Positions 50,095 through 62,542 of a stretch of 64,000 nucleotides of DNA are shown here, piece by piece. Within the stretch, counting starts at the first letter, position 1; each line of letters opens with the position of its first letter. Below the pieces are notes generated by a model. It worked only from the letters and a program-made list of their open reading frames with translations, was not told where the DNA came from and did no database searches. The translations under genes and the position numbers were made by a program. This DNA is from Podarcis liolepis (taxonomy: Eukaryota). The stretch is from assembly GCA_965112155.1 (NCBI GenBank), contig OZ218103.1; one strand, written 5' to 3'.

Positions 50095-51214
50095 CTCTGG
50101 ATTGGCTCCAACAAGTCTCACAAGATCTGGACTTTTGCTATAGATGCACAGAGAATGGCACCGGGAAATAGGTTTGCATAAACATACTGACACATTGTTT
50201 ATCATAGACCCATGAACTCTAAAGGGTTAGAATCCGGCCCCCCGCCCCAGTAAACTACCTGCATTTCACTCACCTACTATCACCTGTAAATATCAGCTGA
50301 AAGTTTTATTTTACAATTAGAGTGTTTCAAATAGTAATAAATTCCCTTTAAATGAAGAGAATATTTAAAATTCATTTGTTAATATAAAATAATCAATTAA
50401 AAATATATCTAGAACAACAAATGCAATATGTCAGAGGTGTTGTCAAGCAGGTGCTGGGTGGAACTGGAAGTATGTGGATGTTTTCTGGAAAAGTCTTGTA
50501 AACATTACGGAAGATATTAATGGGTACAAATGTAAATTAGATTCTATTATACTTCCAACATGCTGGAAGAATGAAGTTTTGGGGGGATTGACTGGAATCT
50601 ACTAGCAAACTTATCAATTGCTGCCTATAACTTGCTTGCAAATTATTACTAATAAGTCCCATAACAGAAGACTGGACAAGGAGAAGTTGGCATACAATGT
50701 TGATGAATAGCCTCATGCGTTATATAAGACTCTGGAAAGGCTCAAGAAATGTAGGCGTGTTGCTTTTGGAACAGCGGTGCCCTTTTTTAGTTACTCTCTG
50801 TTCATGTAAGACAGGATGTTTGGCTTCTGCTTAACGTTCTACAGTATTGTATGTTAAATATAGTTTAACTGCAAAACAACATCTTTACTGAAGTATGATG
50901 ACTATGATTCTTTAAAGAAAAGTTGTGATTATCACTGCCTTTAAAGGAATATTAGATAAATTCATGGATGTCAGGTTTATTAATAGGTTTTAGTGATAAT
51001 AACAAAATGGAGCCCCTCTGTCAGCCTTCCCCAACATGGTGTCCTCCAGATGTTTTGGGACTAAAATTCCCAGCAGCCTCAGACAGCACGATACTGTTGA
51101 CCTGTTCTAGCAGGGCTATTCTTATGAGCGTTATCTGCATTTTGCCCTCAGATCACTGCACCCAGTCACAAATATGTTTCCTGGGACTTGGCTCAGGCTC
51201 TACGTCACATCTGC

Positions 51215-52005
51215 AGGTGTAGCAGTGGATGTGATAGAACCTTCGTTGTCTTGCCTCGCTAATGGACTGGATGAGAGCCAACAAACTGAAGCTCAATACA
51301 GATAAGACTGAGGCACTTTTAGTGGGCAGTTCCCTAGACCAGATGGATGGGAGGTTACCTGCTCTTGGTGGGGTTATACTCCTTCTGAAGGAGCAGGTAT
51401 GCAACTTGGAGTCCTTCTGTATCCTTGGCTGTCACTTGAGGCTCAAGCAGCCTCAGTGATGAGGAGTGCCTCCTTCCATCAGTTTTGGTTGTTGTCCCAG
51501 TTGCACCCCTATTTGAACAGGGATAGCCTAAATTCTGTTGTCTATGCTCTGGCAACCTCTAGGTTAGATTACTGCAACACGTTATACATAGGGCTGCCTC
51601 TGAAGACAGTTTGGAAATTTCAGCTGGCACAGAATTCAGCAGCCAGATTGCTAACTGGGGCAAGGTGGTTTGAACATTTTACACCAATCCTGGCCCAATT
51701 GCACTGGCTGCTGATTAGTTTCTGGGCCCAATTCAAAGTGCTGGGTTTGACCTATAAAGCTTTAAACAGCTCAGGACCTCAGGACCACAACACTTCAAAG
51801 TCCACCTCTCTCCATATGAACCTACCCAGACCCTGAGATCATCATCTGAGACCCTTCTTTGTGTGTCTCCTCCATGAGAGGTCCAGAGGGTGGCAACACA
51901 AGAATGGGCCTTGTCTGCAATGGCTCCCCATTTGTGGAATGCTTTCCCCAAGGAGGTTTGGCTGGCACCTTCATTATACACCTTCAGGCGCCAGGCAAAA
52001 ACAGG
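51215..52005 (+). mobile_element. L2 LINE ORF2 3' fragment
   Basis: WMRANKLKLNTDKTEALLV and SRLDYCNTLYIGLPLKTV.K.QLAQNSAARLLTG..HFTPILAQLHWL. Confidence 0.95.
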
Positions 52006-52094
52006 CCTGCACCCAATCTTGTTTCTGTACATTCTTGCTTGTTCTCAGTAACCAAAAACATATTATCAACATATACAAGGGGGAAATTTTTCCT

Positions 52095-52295
52095 TCATTT
52101 GCAAGGAATCGTAAAAAACATAGTGGCACTAATAAAGAAAAGTTCCAGGGTGGCAACAGAAAGCAAATTAAAAATGCTTTTGCAGTTCATCAAAACTATC
52201 CAGCAATATCAAGTTATAGGAAAACTGGTGCTATTAACAGTAACCCTAGTTGGTTAATTGATTCGGCAACTTCCATGCACATGACGTCTGATGCT
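52095..52295 (+). mobile_element. Ty1/Copia gag-protease junction relic
   Basis: SFARNRKK resembles the end of the zinc knuckle (HFARNC). It is followed in frame by WLIDSATSMHMT, matching the Copia protease motif WxxDSGAxxHMT. Confidence 0.7.
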
Positions 52296-53086
52296 AATCC
52301 CCCCCCCCAAGAGTTAATTGAGATTCAGGTGAGGGTCATATGCCTTGTCAATCCCAGCAGGTATAGAACAGGAAGACCCGATGGCCTGCCCAGGCCAATA
52401 AGAAGGAGCTATTTTGGCAGCAGATTCTTGCTGCCAATTGGTTTGGAAAAAGTCAACAAGAGTGCCTGGCCTGTTCTGGACAACCTTTGAATCAAGATTA
52501 TAGGCAGTATTTGGCAGAATAAGTTCATGAGCAGAGCAATTTCCACTTCTGCAGTGGGACTTTCCTTCCTCTCTTCCAACCCTGCACTGTCCCTGAATCT
52601 GGGTTTGGGGAAACCCATACAAAGGATTTAGGGGGATCACAGGGGGAAGAGAGGGAGGAAAGTCCCATTGTGGTCCTTGAAAAGCATAGCTGCAATGGCC
52701 GCTTGAAAAGCACAGCTACAATGCCTTGGGCAGAAGGTGGAATATTTCAAAATCATAGGCCATCCACAACCAGTAGCATTTGGTGGGGGGAGGCACTTAG
52801 CATATCTCCCAACGCTGACATCACTGTGGCTTACAAGAAGGTAGAGGAGAAAGGAGGTGAGGTTGATGTGGTGTGAACACACTGGCATGAGCACCAGTTT
52901 GGCTGCACCGGTGTGTTTGCACTGTGCCAACCTTACTCAACCCTGCCAGCACCAGCAATGTCAGTAGTGGGAGGTCGTGTAAGTGCCAGGACCTTACCCT
53001 GCCGACAGTGCTAGCTGCAACCCAACTTGGAAACCCTATGCATAATCCTACTAAATCTAGTTGGTTTAATAACAGTATTAAGCTAG

Positions 53087-53167
53087 CAAGATCTTGTGAG
53101 ATCTTCCTGAAATCTCACAAGATCTCATGAGCTCTGTAAGATCTTGTGAGATCTTGCAAGATCTCAC
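53087..53167. repeat. Tandem about 10-bp self-complementary repeat (AGATCT core) x8
   Basis: caagatcttg tgagatcttc ctgaaatctc acaagatctc atgagctctg taagatcttg tgagatcttg caagatctca. Confidence 0.85.
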
Positions 53168-53257
53168 CAGAATCTGCCATTGCTGCTGCCAGGCACCACT
53201 GCACAATCCAGGTAAGGGAGGCTTGGGCGGTGGTGAAATTCTCAGCATGGTGTACGC

Positions 53258-53430
53258 TGAAAGAAAATTATATGAAAATGATGTACCGGTGGTATTTGAC
53301 TCCTAGTAAGCTTGCATAAATATATAAGACAAGTGCAAATATCTGCTGGAAATGTAAGCAAGAGGAAGGCACCTTCTGTCATATGTGGTGGACCTGTAAG
53401 GTTTTAAAAGCATTCTGGGAAATGATATAC
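53258..53430 (+). mobile_element. L1-clade LINE fragment (CCHC region)
   Basis: LKENYMKMMYRWYLTPSKL..ICWKCKQEEGTFCHMWWTC..KAFWEMI. Confidence 0.85.
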
Positions 53431-53936
53431 CGGTATATGCCTTTGATTGAAGCAATGGAAACAGCAATGGCACCAAGCCCTTCTTGCGAGTAGCCTAGTA
53501 GCATCGGGCTGGTCACTGGTAGAGTGCTGTGCCAGGCAGGTCTTTGATCGGATCTTACAAAACTATTCTTAAATACCCAAGCTGGTTTGTGGTTGCATAA
53601 TTTGAGGATGGAATTCAAGACTCTGTAGCTTCATTATTCTACTTTCTTTGTTGCTTCATGTTTGTTTGTTTGTTTGGGTTTTTTTTTTCTTGTTATTGAA
53701 TTCCCCCTCTTCCTTCCTCACCCAGCTGGATCTTCACAGCTATTTGTTGTAGCCGCTAGGGGTCAAGCTTTCACATCTGTTCTTAATTGTCTACAGCTTT
53801 GGATAGAACATGACTTGCTTGCTGTCTCTTCTCCTCCCCTAGCAAATCATTATTTTAACCCATAGTATTCTGGCTTAGAGTCTGCTAGTTGTGATCCATA
53901 AGCTCTGGGGCTGAGGCTTCCCCTACCCCACCTTTA

Positions 53937-53938
<2 letters not shown>

Positions 53939-53977
<39 letters not shown>
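53939..53977. repeat. (AC)n microsatellite
   Basis: Direct observation. Confidence 0.95.
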
Positions 53978-53980
<3 letters not shown>

Positions 53981-54119
53981 TCTGATCAACATCAGGTAGC
54001 CAGATCAGGAAGTCCAATTTAAGTTTCCTCAACACCCATGACACAGCATCCTGGATGCAGCAAATCAGATCCTACTGTTGCTATGAGATCAGGTGAAAAA
54101 GCAGGTCTCTTGTACATTT

Positions 54120-54384
54120 GGGACATGGGTGGCGCTGTGGGTTAAACCACAGAGCCTAGGACTTGCCAATCAGAAGGTTGGCGGTTTGGATCCCCACGAT
54201 GGGGTGAGCTCCCATTGCTCGGTCCCTGCTCCTGCCAACCTAGCAGTCTGAAAGCACGCTGGTTTGCCAGAAGCAGCTTAGTCATGCTGGCCACATGACC
54301 CGGAAGCTGTACGCCGGCTCCCTCGGCCAATAAAGCGAGATGGCCACCACTGGACCTAATGGTCAGGGGTCCCTTTACCTTTAC
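54120..54384 (+). mobile_element. Sauria SINE (internally deleted copy)
   Basis: GGGAC..GGGTGGCGCTGTGGGTTAAACCACAGAGCCTAGG head, GCTGGCCACATGACCCGGAAG core and (ACCTTT)n tail. TSD TTGTACATTT at 54110-54119 and 54385-54394. Confidence 0.95.
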
Positions 54385-56767
54385 TTGTACATTTATGATG
54401 GGAGGCGCAGATGAGAGAATTTCAGTTCATGCCAAACACTGTGCAGAGGGTGGCGGTTGTTTTTGTTTGTTACTATAGTGTGTGTTTTTGTGTTTTTTAT
54501 ATTGAAAACTGCCCTGTGATCCTTGGATGAAGGGCAGTTCATAAATTTAATAAATAATAATAAATGAATAGTGATACCTGCTGACATTCCCTTTTCCATA
54601 CAACTATTACAGGTGCAGGAGGCAGTCTGGAGGCACCCATAGCTGTGCTTTAAAACAAATTAGGATGACACATCAAAGAAAGAAGTAAACAACACAGGAT
54701 TGCAACGGTGTGAGAGAAACAGGGTGGGATCTCGGGAATAAGTTGTCAAAAGGTGTCACTGGCTGAAGTAAAGGCAAGTGTGGAAGTCCCAAAACAACAG
54801 CAGACACGACAGACCTCTGGACCACTGAAGAGCATCCTTTCTGGTTGGCTCCTTTGACCACCTCTGCCTCCTTGCTGCAAACTGAGACTGAAACTGCATC
54901 TGGGTTTTAAGGCAGATATTCCCCAAATAATAAAATGACCATTTTCTGTAGACTACTTAAATTTCAAAAACTGTGATCTCCTCCTGCATAAAGCAACAAA
55001 GGGGTGAGCACATTTCGGGGATATTTTTAATGTTTTAGGGGAGCTACCAAAGACTATTCCTTTTTGCTTGGGCCTTAAAACTTTGGGGCTTGTGTTTTAC
55101 AGATATCGGGAGCCAATCAGATCATCTATTCTTGTGACAGAATTTAGAGTCTTTAATATATTGTCCTTTCCTTACATATCAGTTTCTAATGCCACTGTCT
55201 GGTGACAATGGATTCCCAAAGGGCCACCACCTTCCCACTTATATTTCCTCTCCATTCCTCACACTGTGAGATTAATATTCTCTGTCCCATTAATTTTGAC
55301 ATGCTTTTCTGTATCTGAAGAAAAATAAACCATTTCCATTCTTTTATAGGAGCCCATTTCAGTTTAACACACATAGGCTTGGCTCCTAAGATGAGTTTGT
55401 TTAAGGAACTTCAAGGCAGGGCGTTTCCTAACCTCTCCTCCTCTGGCACCTCACATCATTCAGGAAGAACCCCAACTCTCTAGAGAAGCTTTTCAGGGGT
55501 TGTAGAGAGTGGACAAGATGAGAAACTTTCCTTCCTTAAGTTCATTTATTTTAGGATCAAAACCCAATTTGGGGTGATTATTTCCTCTTTGTTGGGGCTG
55601 AGTGATGAGTAGCAGCCCAAATTGGGAACCAGGAGCTACAAAGTAGGTCAGATGTAATTAGAGAAGCAGGACAAACCTGGAAGCAGAACCAAAGAACAAG
55701 CCAACACAAAGGAACGCCCAAGGCTCAGAAAGACTTTGTTGCTCAGGCAAGGCTTAACTAAAGAAAATAGGTTCTTATGCTACTTCTTGTTCAGAAAAAT
55801 CCAGGGGTCAGCCTGGATGGGCAGAGTTGGCATGGAAGGTACTTCATCAAGAAGGCTGTTATCTGCAGTTCAGTGGTTCATCACTTAGGAGTGGCCACAT
55901 ACATGTTCTAGGAGCTCCTGACATCTCGCCAGCAGACTCTCATTCCACATGACCCCTGAACCTCCATAAAGGAATCATACATAGCCCATACACGAAGTAT
56001 ATGCAGTGCAGAAGTTAAAACTTGATGCCTGTGGGCTGGCTTTGGTCCTGCAAATACAGCTTTAACTGCTCTTCGTGTTAAAGATTTCCATCCACTTTGG
56101 GTTGTTGTTTTTAATCAGGCCTGCATTCATTGCAGCATCTGTTTGCAGCATGGGATGAATAGAGGGAGGATGAAGGCAAAGGAGATGTGCTTTTTGACCT
56201 GAATAATAAGCCAGGGTTGTGTGAAGCACACTGGAAAGAGGACAAATCAACAGGAAATACTGATTGCTTTAAAGACAACCCAAACAACCAAGAGGATTCA
56301 GAATGTAGAATTAGGTCGCTACTGAAAGTATGTGAGCAAGAAAAGGAAAACAGTGTTTCTGAGATGGAGGACTTGGAATGCTCCTGGAAGGCCATCATCT
56401 TCTAAAAATAGAAGGAATGGAACATTGTAAACACCCAGCCTCCCTTCTCTCTGACGCCGACTGTGTCTCCGCCATGCTGTATTTAGTTACGGGGCCATGG
56501 CAGCAGACTGGACAGCAAGTGTGTAAGTAGAGAAGCTGAAGAGTAATGCAACCACTACTCTTCTCAAAGAGCTACAAACATATAGCCAGCCCAGAGCAGT
56601 AGGCGGCATAAGGCTTCAAGGGGAACAGAGTTTGCACAGTTCAACTCTTATTATAGAGTGGTATGCTCACAGTTTGGGGGCATCCATTTCACCTGTAACC
56701 TGCTCTTATGAAATATTTGGGGATCATGCAACCTCTCCTGCACTCTCATTGATTTATGACCTCTCTT

Positions 56768-57200
56768 TAAGAACACAAGAAGACCCCTGACGGATCAATC
56801 CAGTGGTCCATGTAGTCCAGTGTTTCCCAAACTTGAATTTCCAACTGTTTTTGGACTAAAATTCCCATCATCCTTGGCCACTGGTCTTGCTAGCTAGGGA
56901 TGATCGGAGTTGCAGTCCCAAAACAGCTGGAGACCCAAGTCTGGGAAACACTGATCTAGTCCAACATCCTGTTCAACCAGGTGCCCGTGGGAAGCCCACA
57001 AGCAAGACCTGAGTTCAGGAGCAATTTCTCCACTTGTGATTCACAGAAACTGACATTCTGAGGCATGCTTCCTCCAATAGGGAAGCTAGATGACACACAA
57101 CCAGCATGGCTAGTACCCACTGATAGTCTTATCTTATATGAATTTGTCTAATTTTCTTTTAAAGTCATTCACATTCGTAGCTATCTTTGCATCTCACACA
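56768..57200 (-). mobile_element. CR1-family LINE 3' end interrupted by a MITE
   Basis: Antisense of the element at 58795-59024 (ATGAATTTGTCTAAT...; TAAGAAC tail). Confidence 0.65.
56818..56953. mobile_element. Palindromic hAT MITE
   Basis: CAGTGTTTCCCAAACTT ... AAGTCTGGGAAACACTG. 8-bp TSD ATGTAGTC / ATCTAGTC. Confidence 0.85.
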
Positions 57201-57365
57201 TTACATAGCTTAAGTATATACTGTGTGAAGAAATAGTTACTTTCATCTGTTCTGGATCTTCTATCATTGTATATTTACAACAAAGACAGGGAAGGTGTGG
57301 CACTCCAAATGTTGTCAGACTCCAACACACATCAACCTGACAATATTTGGAGGCCATGGGCCTTA

Positions 57366-57754
57366 TACAGGGATTGGAATGCTCCTGGATGATGGGAGAT
57401 GGAGCCCGCAAGACGAATGCCTCGCAAGACGGAAAACTCGCTAGACAAAAGAGTTTTCTGTTTTGGAGGTGCTTCGCAAAACGAATCTCCTATGGGCTTG
57501 CTTCGCAAGACGACAATGTCTTGCGAGTTCCTGCTGGTTTTTTTTCCTCCCCCCCCCCTTTTTCTAAGCCGCTAAGCCGCTTATCAGCTGATCCGATCAG
57601 CAGATAAGCCACTAAAAGCCTCTAAAAGCTGCTAATAGCGCTAATAGCGCTAATCCGCTAATCCTTCAATGGGCTTGCTTCGCAAGACGAAAAAAACCGC
57701 TAGACGAAGAGAATCACAGAACGGATTCTTTTCGTCTTGCGAGGCACCACTGTA
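57366..57754. mobile_element. Tc1/mariner MITE with a disrupted left TIR
   Basis: Right TIR CGTCTTGCGAGGCACCACTG-TA. Left end TA-CAG[33-nt insert]GCCCGCAAGACG. Repeated CGCAAGACG motifs and an internal hairpin at 57579-57609. Confidence 0.85.
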
Positions 57755-58794
57755 TACAAAATAAACAAGTTAACCAAGTAGGGCGCAGGCAGTCTTAAAG
57801 CAGCTTCAGTCAATCACCCTAAGATCCTATTTTTAAAAAACTTGTCAGAAATATCTCTTGGTATTTATTCTCAAAATGAAAGGCAGTATATAAAGCAGCA
57901 GCAGCATATATTAGAAAACATTCTCAAAACTCAAAAGAATTTTTGCTTTCTATAGCCAAATGCACATTGTACATAACTATTCCTTTTAGCCTGACCTAAC
58001 ATGGCTCCAGGTACAATAGGCTTTTAGAGAAAGATTAGCCTGATGAGTCATTTGTGGCTCAAAACTTCCTGGAAGGAAGAAAAATAAGTGAGGCTTGGTC
58101 AAAAGGGTCAGCCTCTTTTCTTTGGCCTTAGCCCCACCCTCGGCTGGCAGTCCATTGTCCTCTCTGGCTGAGGGCAGGTCAAAGGCTAACCCAAGCAGGT
58201 AGGAGGCACCCGTCCAGGTGAGCCCCTGCTCAGTGCCACAAACCCTGCCCACCTGTAGGGAAGGGAGGGTGGAAATTGTTCACCACAAAGAAGAACAACC
58301 TCCATTGTTTTCAGCAGGAATGGTCAAGGATGATGGGAGATGGAGCCCATTAACACTTGGAGGATCTGTGGAATAGGATTAATGAACAGTTGAACCTTTT
58401 TTTTTGCAAGTGGTGCTGAAAAGCCTTTGGGAACAGGAGGTGTTTTTGACACTGCTGAAAATGTTCCCAGGAAATGGTGATTCGCTTTGGCTCTGTCTAA
58501 AAAAACAAAAGGAATAAAACTGTTCTGGAGAGGACATACCATTGAAGGAAGTCTCCCCCTGTCACCCTAGAATGAAAGCAGCCTTGCTATTGCCTACAAA
58601 TCAGCAAAGGGATGTGGAGACTTAGCACTGGCTACAGGACACACTTTTCCTCCTTGTTTTAAACTGGTTTCAGTTGTTTCAATTGCTGTTTAATTTGCTT
58701 GTTTTGTTGTGTATTTTAATTGATGATGTTTTAATTGACCGACTGAATTTTTATTATGAATTTTAATTATGTATGTATTTTTATAATTATTATT

Positions 58795-59024
58795 TAAAGA
58801 GGATTGGAGAAATTCATGAAGGATAAGGCCATTGATGGCTGTGAGATGACTTCATGGTTGGAGGCAATTATGCTTCTGAATACCCAGTTGCTGCAAACCA
58901 TAAGGGAAGAGAGTGCCCTTGTCCTGCCTGTGAATTTCCCACAGGCATCTGGTTGGCCACTAGGAAAAGAGGATGCCAGACCAGATGGGCCATTGGCCTG
59001 ATCCAGCAGGTTCTGCTTATGTTT
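58795..59024 (+). mobile_element. CR1-family LINE 3' end
   Basis: FKRGLEKFMKDKAIDG terminal motif, then a 3'UTR ending GGCCTGATCCAGCAGG..CTTATGTT. Confidence 0.75.
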
Positions 59025-62000
59025 CATCCTAAACTACTTAGAAGTCATTTTGGCATATAAGAAGTTCATTGTTGAGTTTTCCGAACTGAATCACCCATGA
59101 GCGAATCATTGGCAGAACCAAGATTTCTAGGACCCAGATAATACTGATGAATGTTTCTTCTCACTTTGGAGCTTGAGAATCAGGCTGTGATGAGTGCAAG
59201 ATGAATGGGCGCAGGTGAGCTTAGCACACTGTGAAGAGTTCCCTTCCCAGGCATTCCCTTAAGCAATTCCACTTCTGTGCTTGTGTAGCTGAACAGGGCT
59301 TTAAAAAGAAAGATCTCATGCATCAGCCTTCAGGAATCATGCCAAGGACAGATGCAGTCACTAAGGAGCTCCATTTACTTTTGTATCTGTTTTCTCCCAC
59401 CTCATCCCATAGATTCTCCCTGGACTGATAATTAGCTCCATTTCCTTGAATGGAGGAAGCCATTCAGCTGTGAAAGTGCTCAAAGGAAGCCCCTCCCCCC
59501 CAAGCTAACTCTCCTCTGACTGTGCTGCATCTATTATTATTTTATTTTAGACCATTGATTCCAATAAAGCCCTGCAGTGCTCCTTCTTTTCTTTCTCCCT
59601 CCCTCCCTCTCTCTCACATAAGCCAACAATGAGCATAGCAGAAATGTAAGTGCTGGATTCTATAGGAAACGCTGACATTCTTTTGCTGGCTGCTTGGGGT
59701 TTTTATTTCCAGCCATAGAGAACCTGGGGAGCCAAAGAGACCCAGAGTTTACACATCAGCACAGCACGGTCCTAATCCTTTTAATTCTTTCTGGTGCTCG
59801 GGAGGGGAGGAGGAAATCCAACCACATGCTTCCTCTTCCAAATTCGGTCCCACCCTTGTTCCAAAAAAAAAACCAGGAGTGGATGCTGTTGATAGGAGCT
59901 GGGTTTCATTAGCAGAGAAAGGGTGAGGGCCAATATGCACGCAGGAATAAATAGCACTCTTCCCTGATTTCTCAGAGGCAGAGGGAGGGTGATGGGTGGG
60001 AAGCACGAAGGAAGGAAAGCTGTGGACCTGTTCCTGAGCTGGTCTACTGGCATGCTTATGCTGTCACACAGACTAGCCTCGCAAAACTTCAGTGTATAGG
60101 CAAGGCAAAACTCCATGCTGCTTTGATTCAGTTAAAGTAAAAGGTCTGATGGTCAGAAGGAGGATAACCTCATCTCTCCTTTTCCAGATTCCCCAGACAA
60201 TAAACCAGGAAGCTCTAGGTACCATCTCCAGCGCAGAAGCTACTGCATCACTTGTCTCTGTGTTATTATGCTGGCTAGTCAGCCATAGCAGGCACATATT
60301 TCCCTGTGCAGGCCCACTTGCCATCTGTGCATCAACAGAAGCTCTAATTATCAGCGCCTGAGGACAAACAGGTTGAGCAAGTGGGCAGCAATCTTCGTAT
60401 CACCGAGGAGCTGCCTCTGAGCCAGCTGCCCACATGTCCTCCCCACTAACCCAGTGCAAGGACTGGCAGAGTAGAAGCCAGGAGGGGAGGCGGCTTCTCC
60501 ACACTTTTTATTTGCTTTTAATATTGCTTCTCTATATTGATAGAGCTTCATCAGCTAAATTCCTACCTGTTCTGTGGGTGTTAAAGGCAATAGAAGCCCC
60601 GCACAATAGTTTGCTTATTTCTGTGTGCACACCTGTATATTTTGTGTGTGTGTGTCTTCCCTGGAAGTGGGATGCTCCTCTGTGGTATGCACCCATGCTG
60701 ACATCGCCCTTGTACAATAGTCTCCTACAGGAAAGGTACTATTCAGAGCTGTGCACACCAGAGGTGGCATGCAAATTGAACTTGGTTTAAGTTCTCATGA
60801 CAAATTGAAGCTGGATCAAAATGAAGTATTGCATTAGAAAGAACAGGATAGATATGGAATTAATTAATTTCATGTGTACTCTGCTTCTCAAAGCAGTGGT
60901 GGAAGCACACTGGAAGCACAGTAAAAAGGAGTGCATTTACAAGTAGGGTTTACATGCATTGAAGGTACATGAAATTAAGGCTTATGTGCTCTTTTATAGT
61001 GACTGAATGCAATATACTCTGTCAATTTAGTTCAGCAATTGCAGTTCTAACCTCTGATATCTTCCAGGCAGAAAACCTCCGCAGCAGCAGCAGCAGCTGA
61101 CAGAGTGCTTTCACTTGTACTTGGCTGTGCTAGGGTTTCTGTTGGGGTTTTTTTAAGGCAAAGAGACAAATTACACTGACAGCTTGTACAGAGCTCTGAG
61201 GAGTGTAAAAAACACTTTAGTACAAGAAGGAAAAGAAGAAAAATAATAATAATAATAATAGAAGGCTACATTTTCCAGTTGTCCTCCATACAGGTGGATT
61301 AAAAATGGGCCTAGTTTTGAGTGAATGAAAGACATGATATTTGCAATGACGTGTGCTACATTTTGAGAGGAAGTGATAATTCTTTCCCAGATCAGGCAAG
61401 CTGCTGCCAATCTGAAGCAAATGTGATGAATCTGGGTGTGAATGCATTCAAGACAGTTGATAATGATAGTCCTGATTAGAGTTGCCACCTTATTAGAGAG
61501 GGAAGACCCATGCCCATAGAGCTGCCAAATAGGCTGGAACCAGTTGGTGAAGGTTTCTGAGCACAGAAATTTCATGAAGGGGAATGCTAGACTCGGAGAA
61601 GTTTTGCACAACATGCAGTTATGAAAGGTACAGAATCTGTGGTAGGAAAAAAAAGGGCTGGAACAAGATCTGCCTTCCAGTATTTATCAGGAAAAGAATC
61701 AATAATATATTTTGCTTACGTTGAGGAAGAGAGTAGCTGTTTGCAGTGCAAGGAAGACCAAGCCGTGTGAGCAAGCCAAAGGAGCCCCACCACCATGAGG
61801 CAAGATAAGAATAATTTGGGGCACCATTAAGGGCAGGAGATCCACATTGGAAAGGCAGAGCACATTATTTGCATTTGACTGGTCTCAAAGATTCCGCACT
61901 TCGTCTGAATCTGATGCCAAATGGTAAGACCCACTATCCCATTTCCAAAAATGTTTGATCAGGTGTGGAGGTATGGCAATGTTCTTCTCACCACCTAACA

Positions 62001-62339
62001 GCATAGTATAGACAACTCGCTTACCAAGTGGCTATGCGTCCACTATGGCAAATAAATATTTTGTCAAAACTAGTCATCTTATTCACCTAAATCAGAGAGA
62101 TTGCAATGCACTTTGCCTGAGGTGCATTCCTCTGAAAAGAACTATTCTTGGCCCCTTATAGCAGATGTGAAACATCTGCTAAGAAGAAGAACAAAACATC
62201 AACAAAGTAGAAGCACTTTAGAAGATTGTCAATGCTATGTACAAAGGCTTTTTATGGGGGATTGTTAGACAGCCTTCCTAAGTTCCACCGGCATCCATTA
62301 TTTAGAAATAGTTCCTAAAACTCCTATTTACTCTCCTGG

Positions 62340-62542
62340 TACAGTGGTACCTTGGTTTAAGAACTTAATTCTTTCTGGAGGTCCATTCTTAACCTGAAAC
62401 TGTTCTTAACCTGAGGTACCACTTTAGCTAATGGGGCCTCCCGCTGCCGCCGCGCCGCTGCTGTTCTCATCCTGAAGCAAAGTTCTTAACCCAAGGTACT
62501 ATTTCTGGGTTAGTGAAGTCTGTAACCTGAGGTACCACTGTA
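62340..62542. mobile_element. Tc1/mariner MITE (same family as 36732-36974)
   Basis: TA-CAGTGGTACCT ... AGGTACCACTG-TA, with interior shared with 36732-36974. Confidence 0.92.

Noticed and set aside
51861-52490. 209-aa ORF as a host gene
   Set aside because: It is a chance read-through of off-frame L2 sequence, a Copia fragment and flank, and it starts at a non-ATG codon.
53284-53291. TACCGGTG as a fourth excision footprint
   Set aside because: It is ordinary L1 coding sequence (Y-R-W codons) and lacks the second TA.
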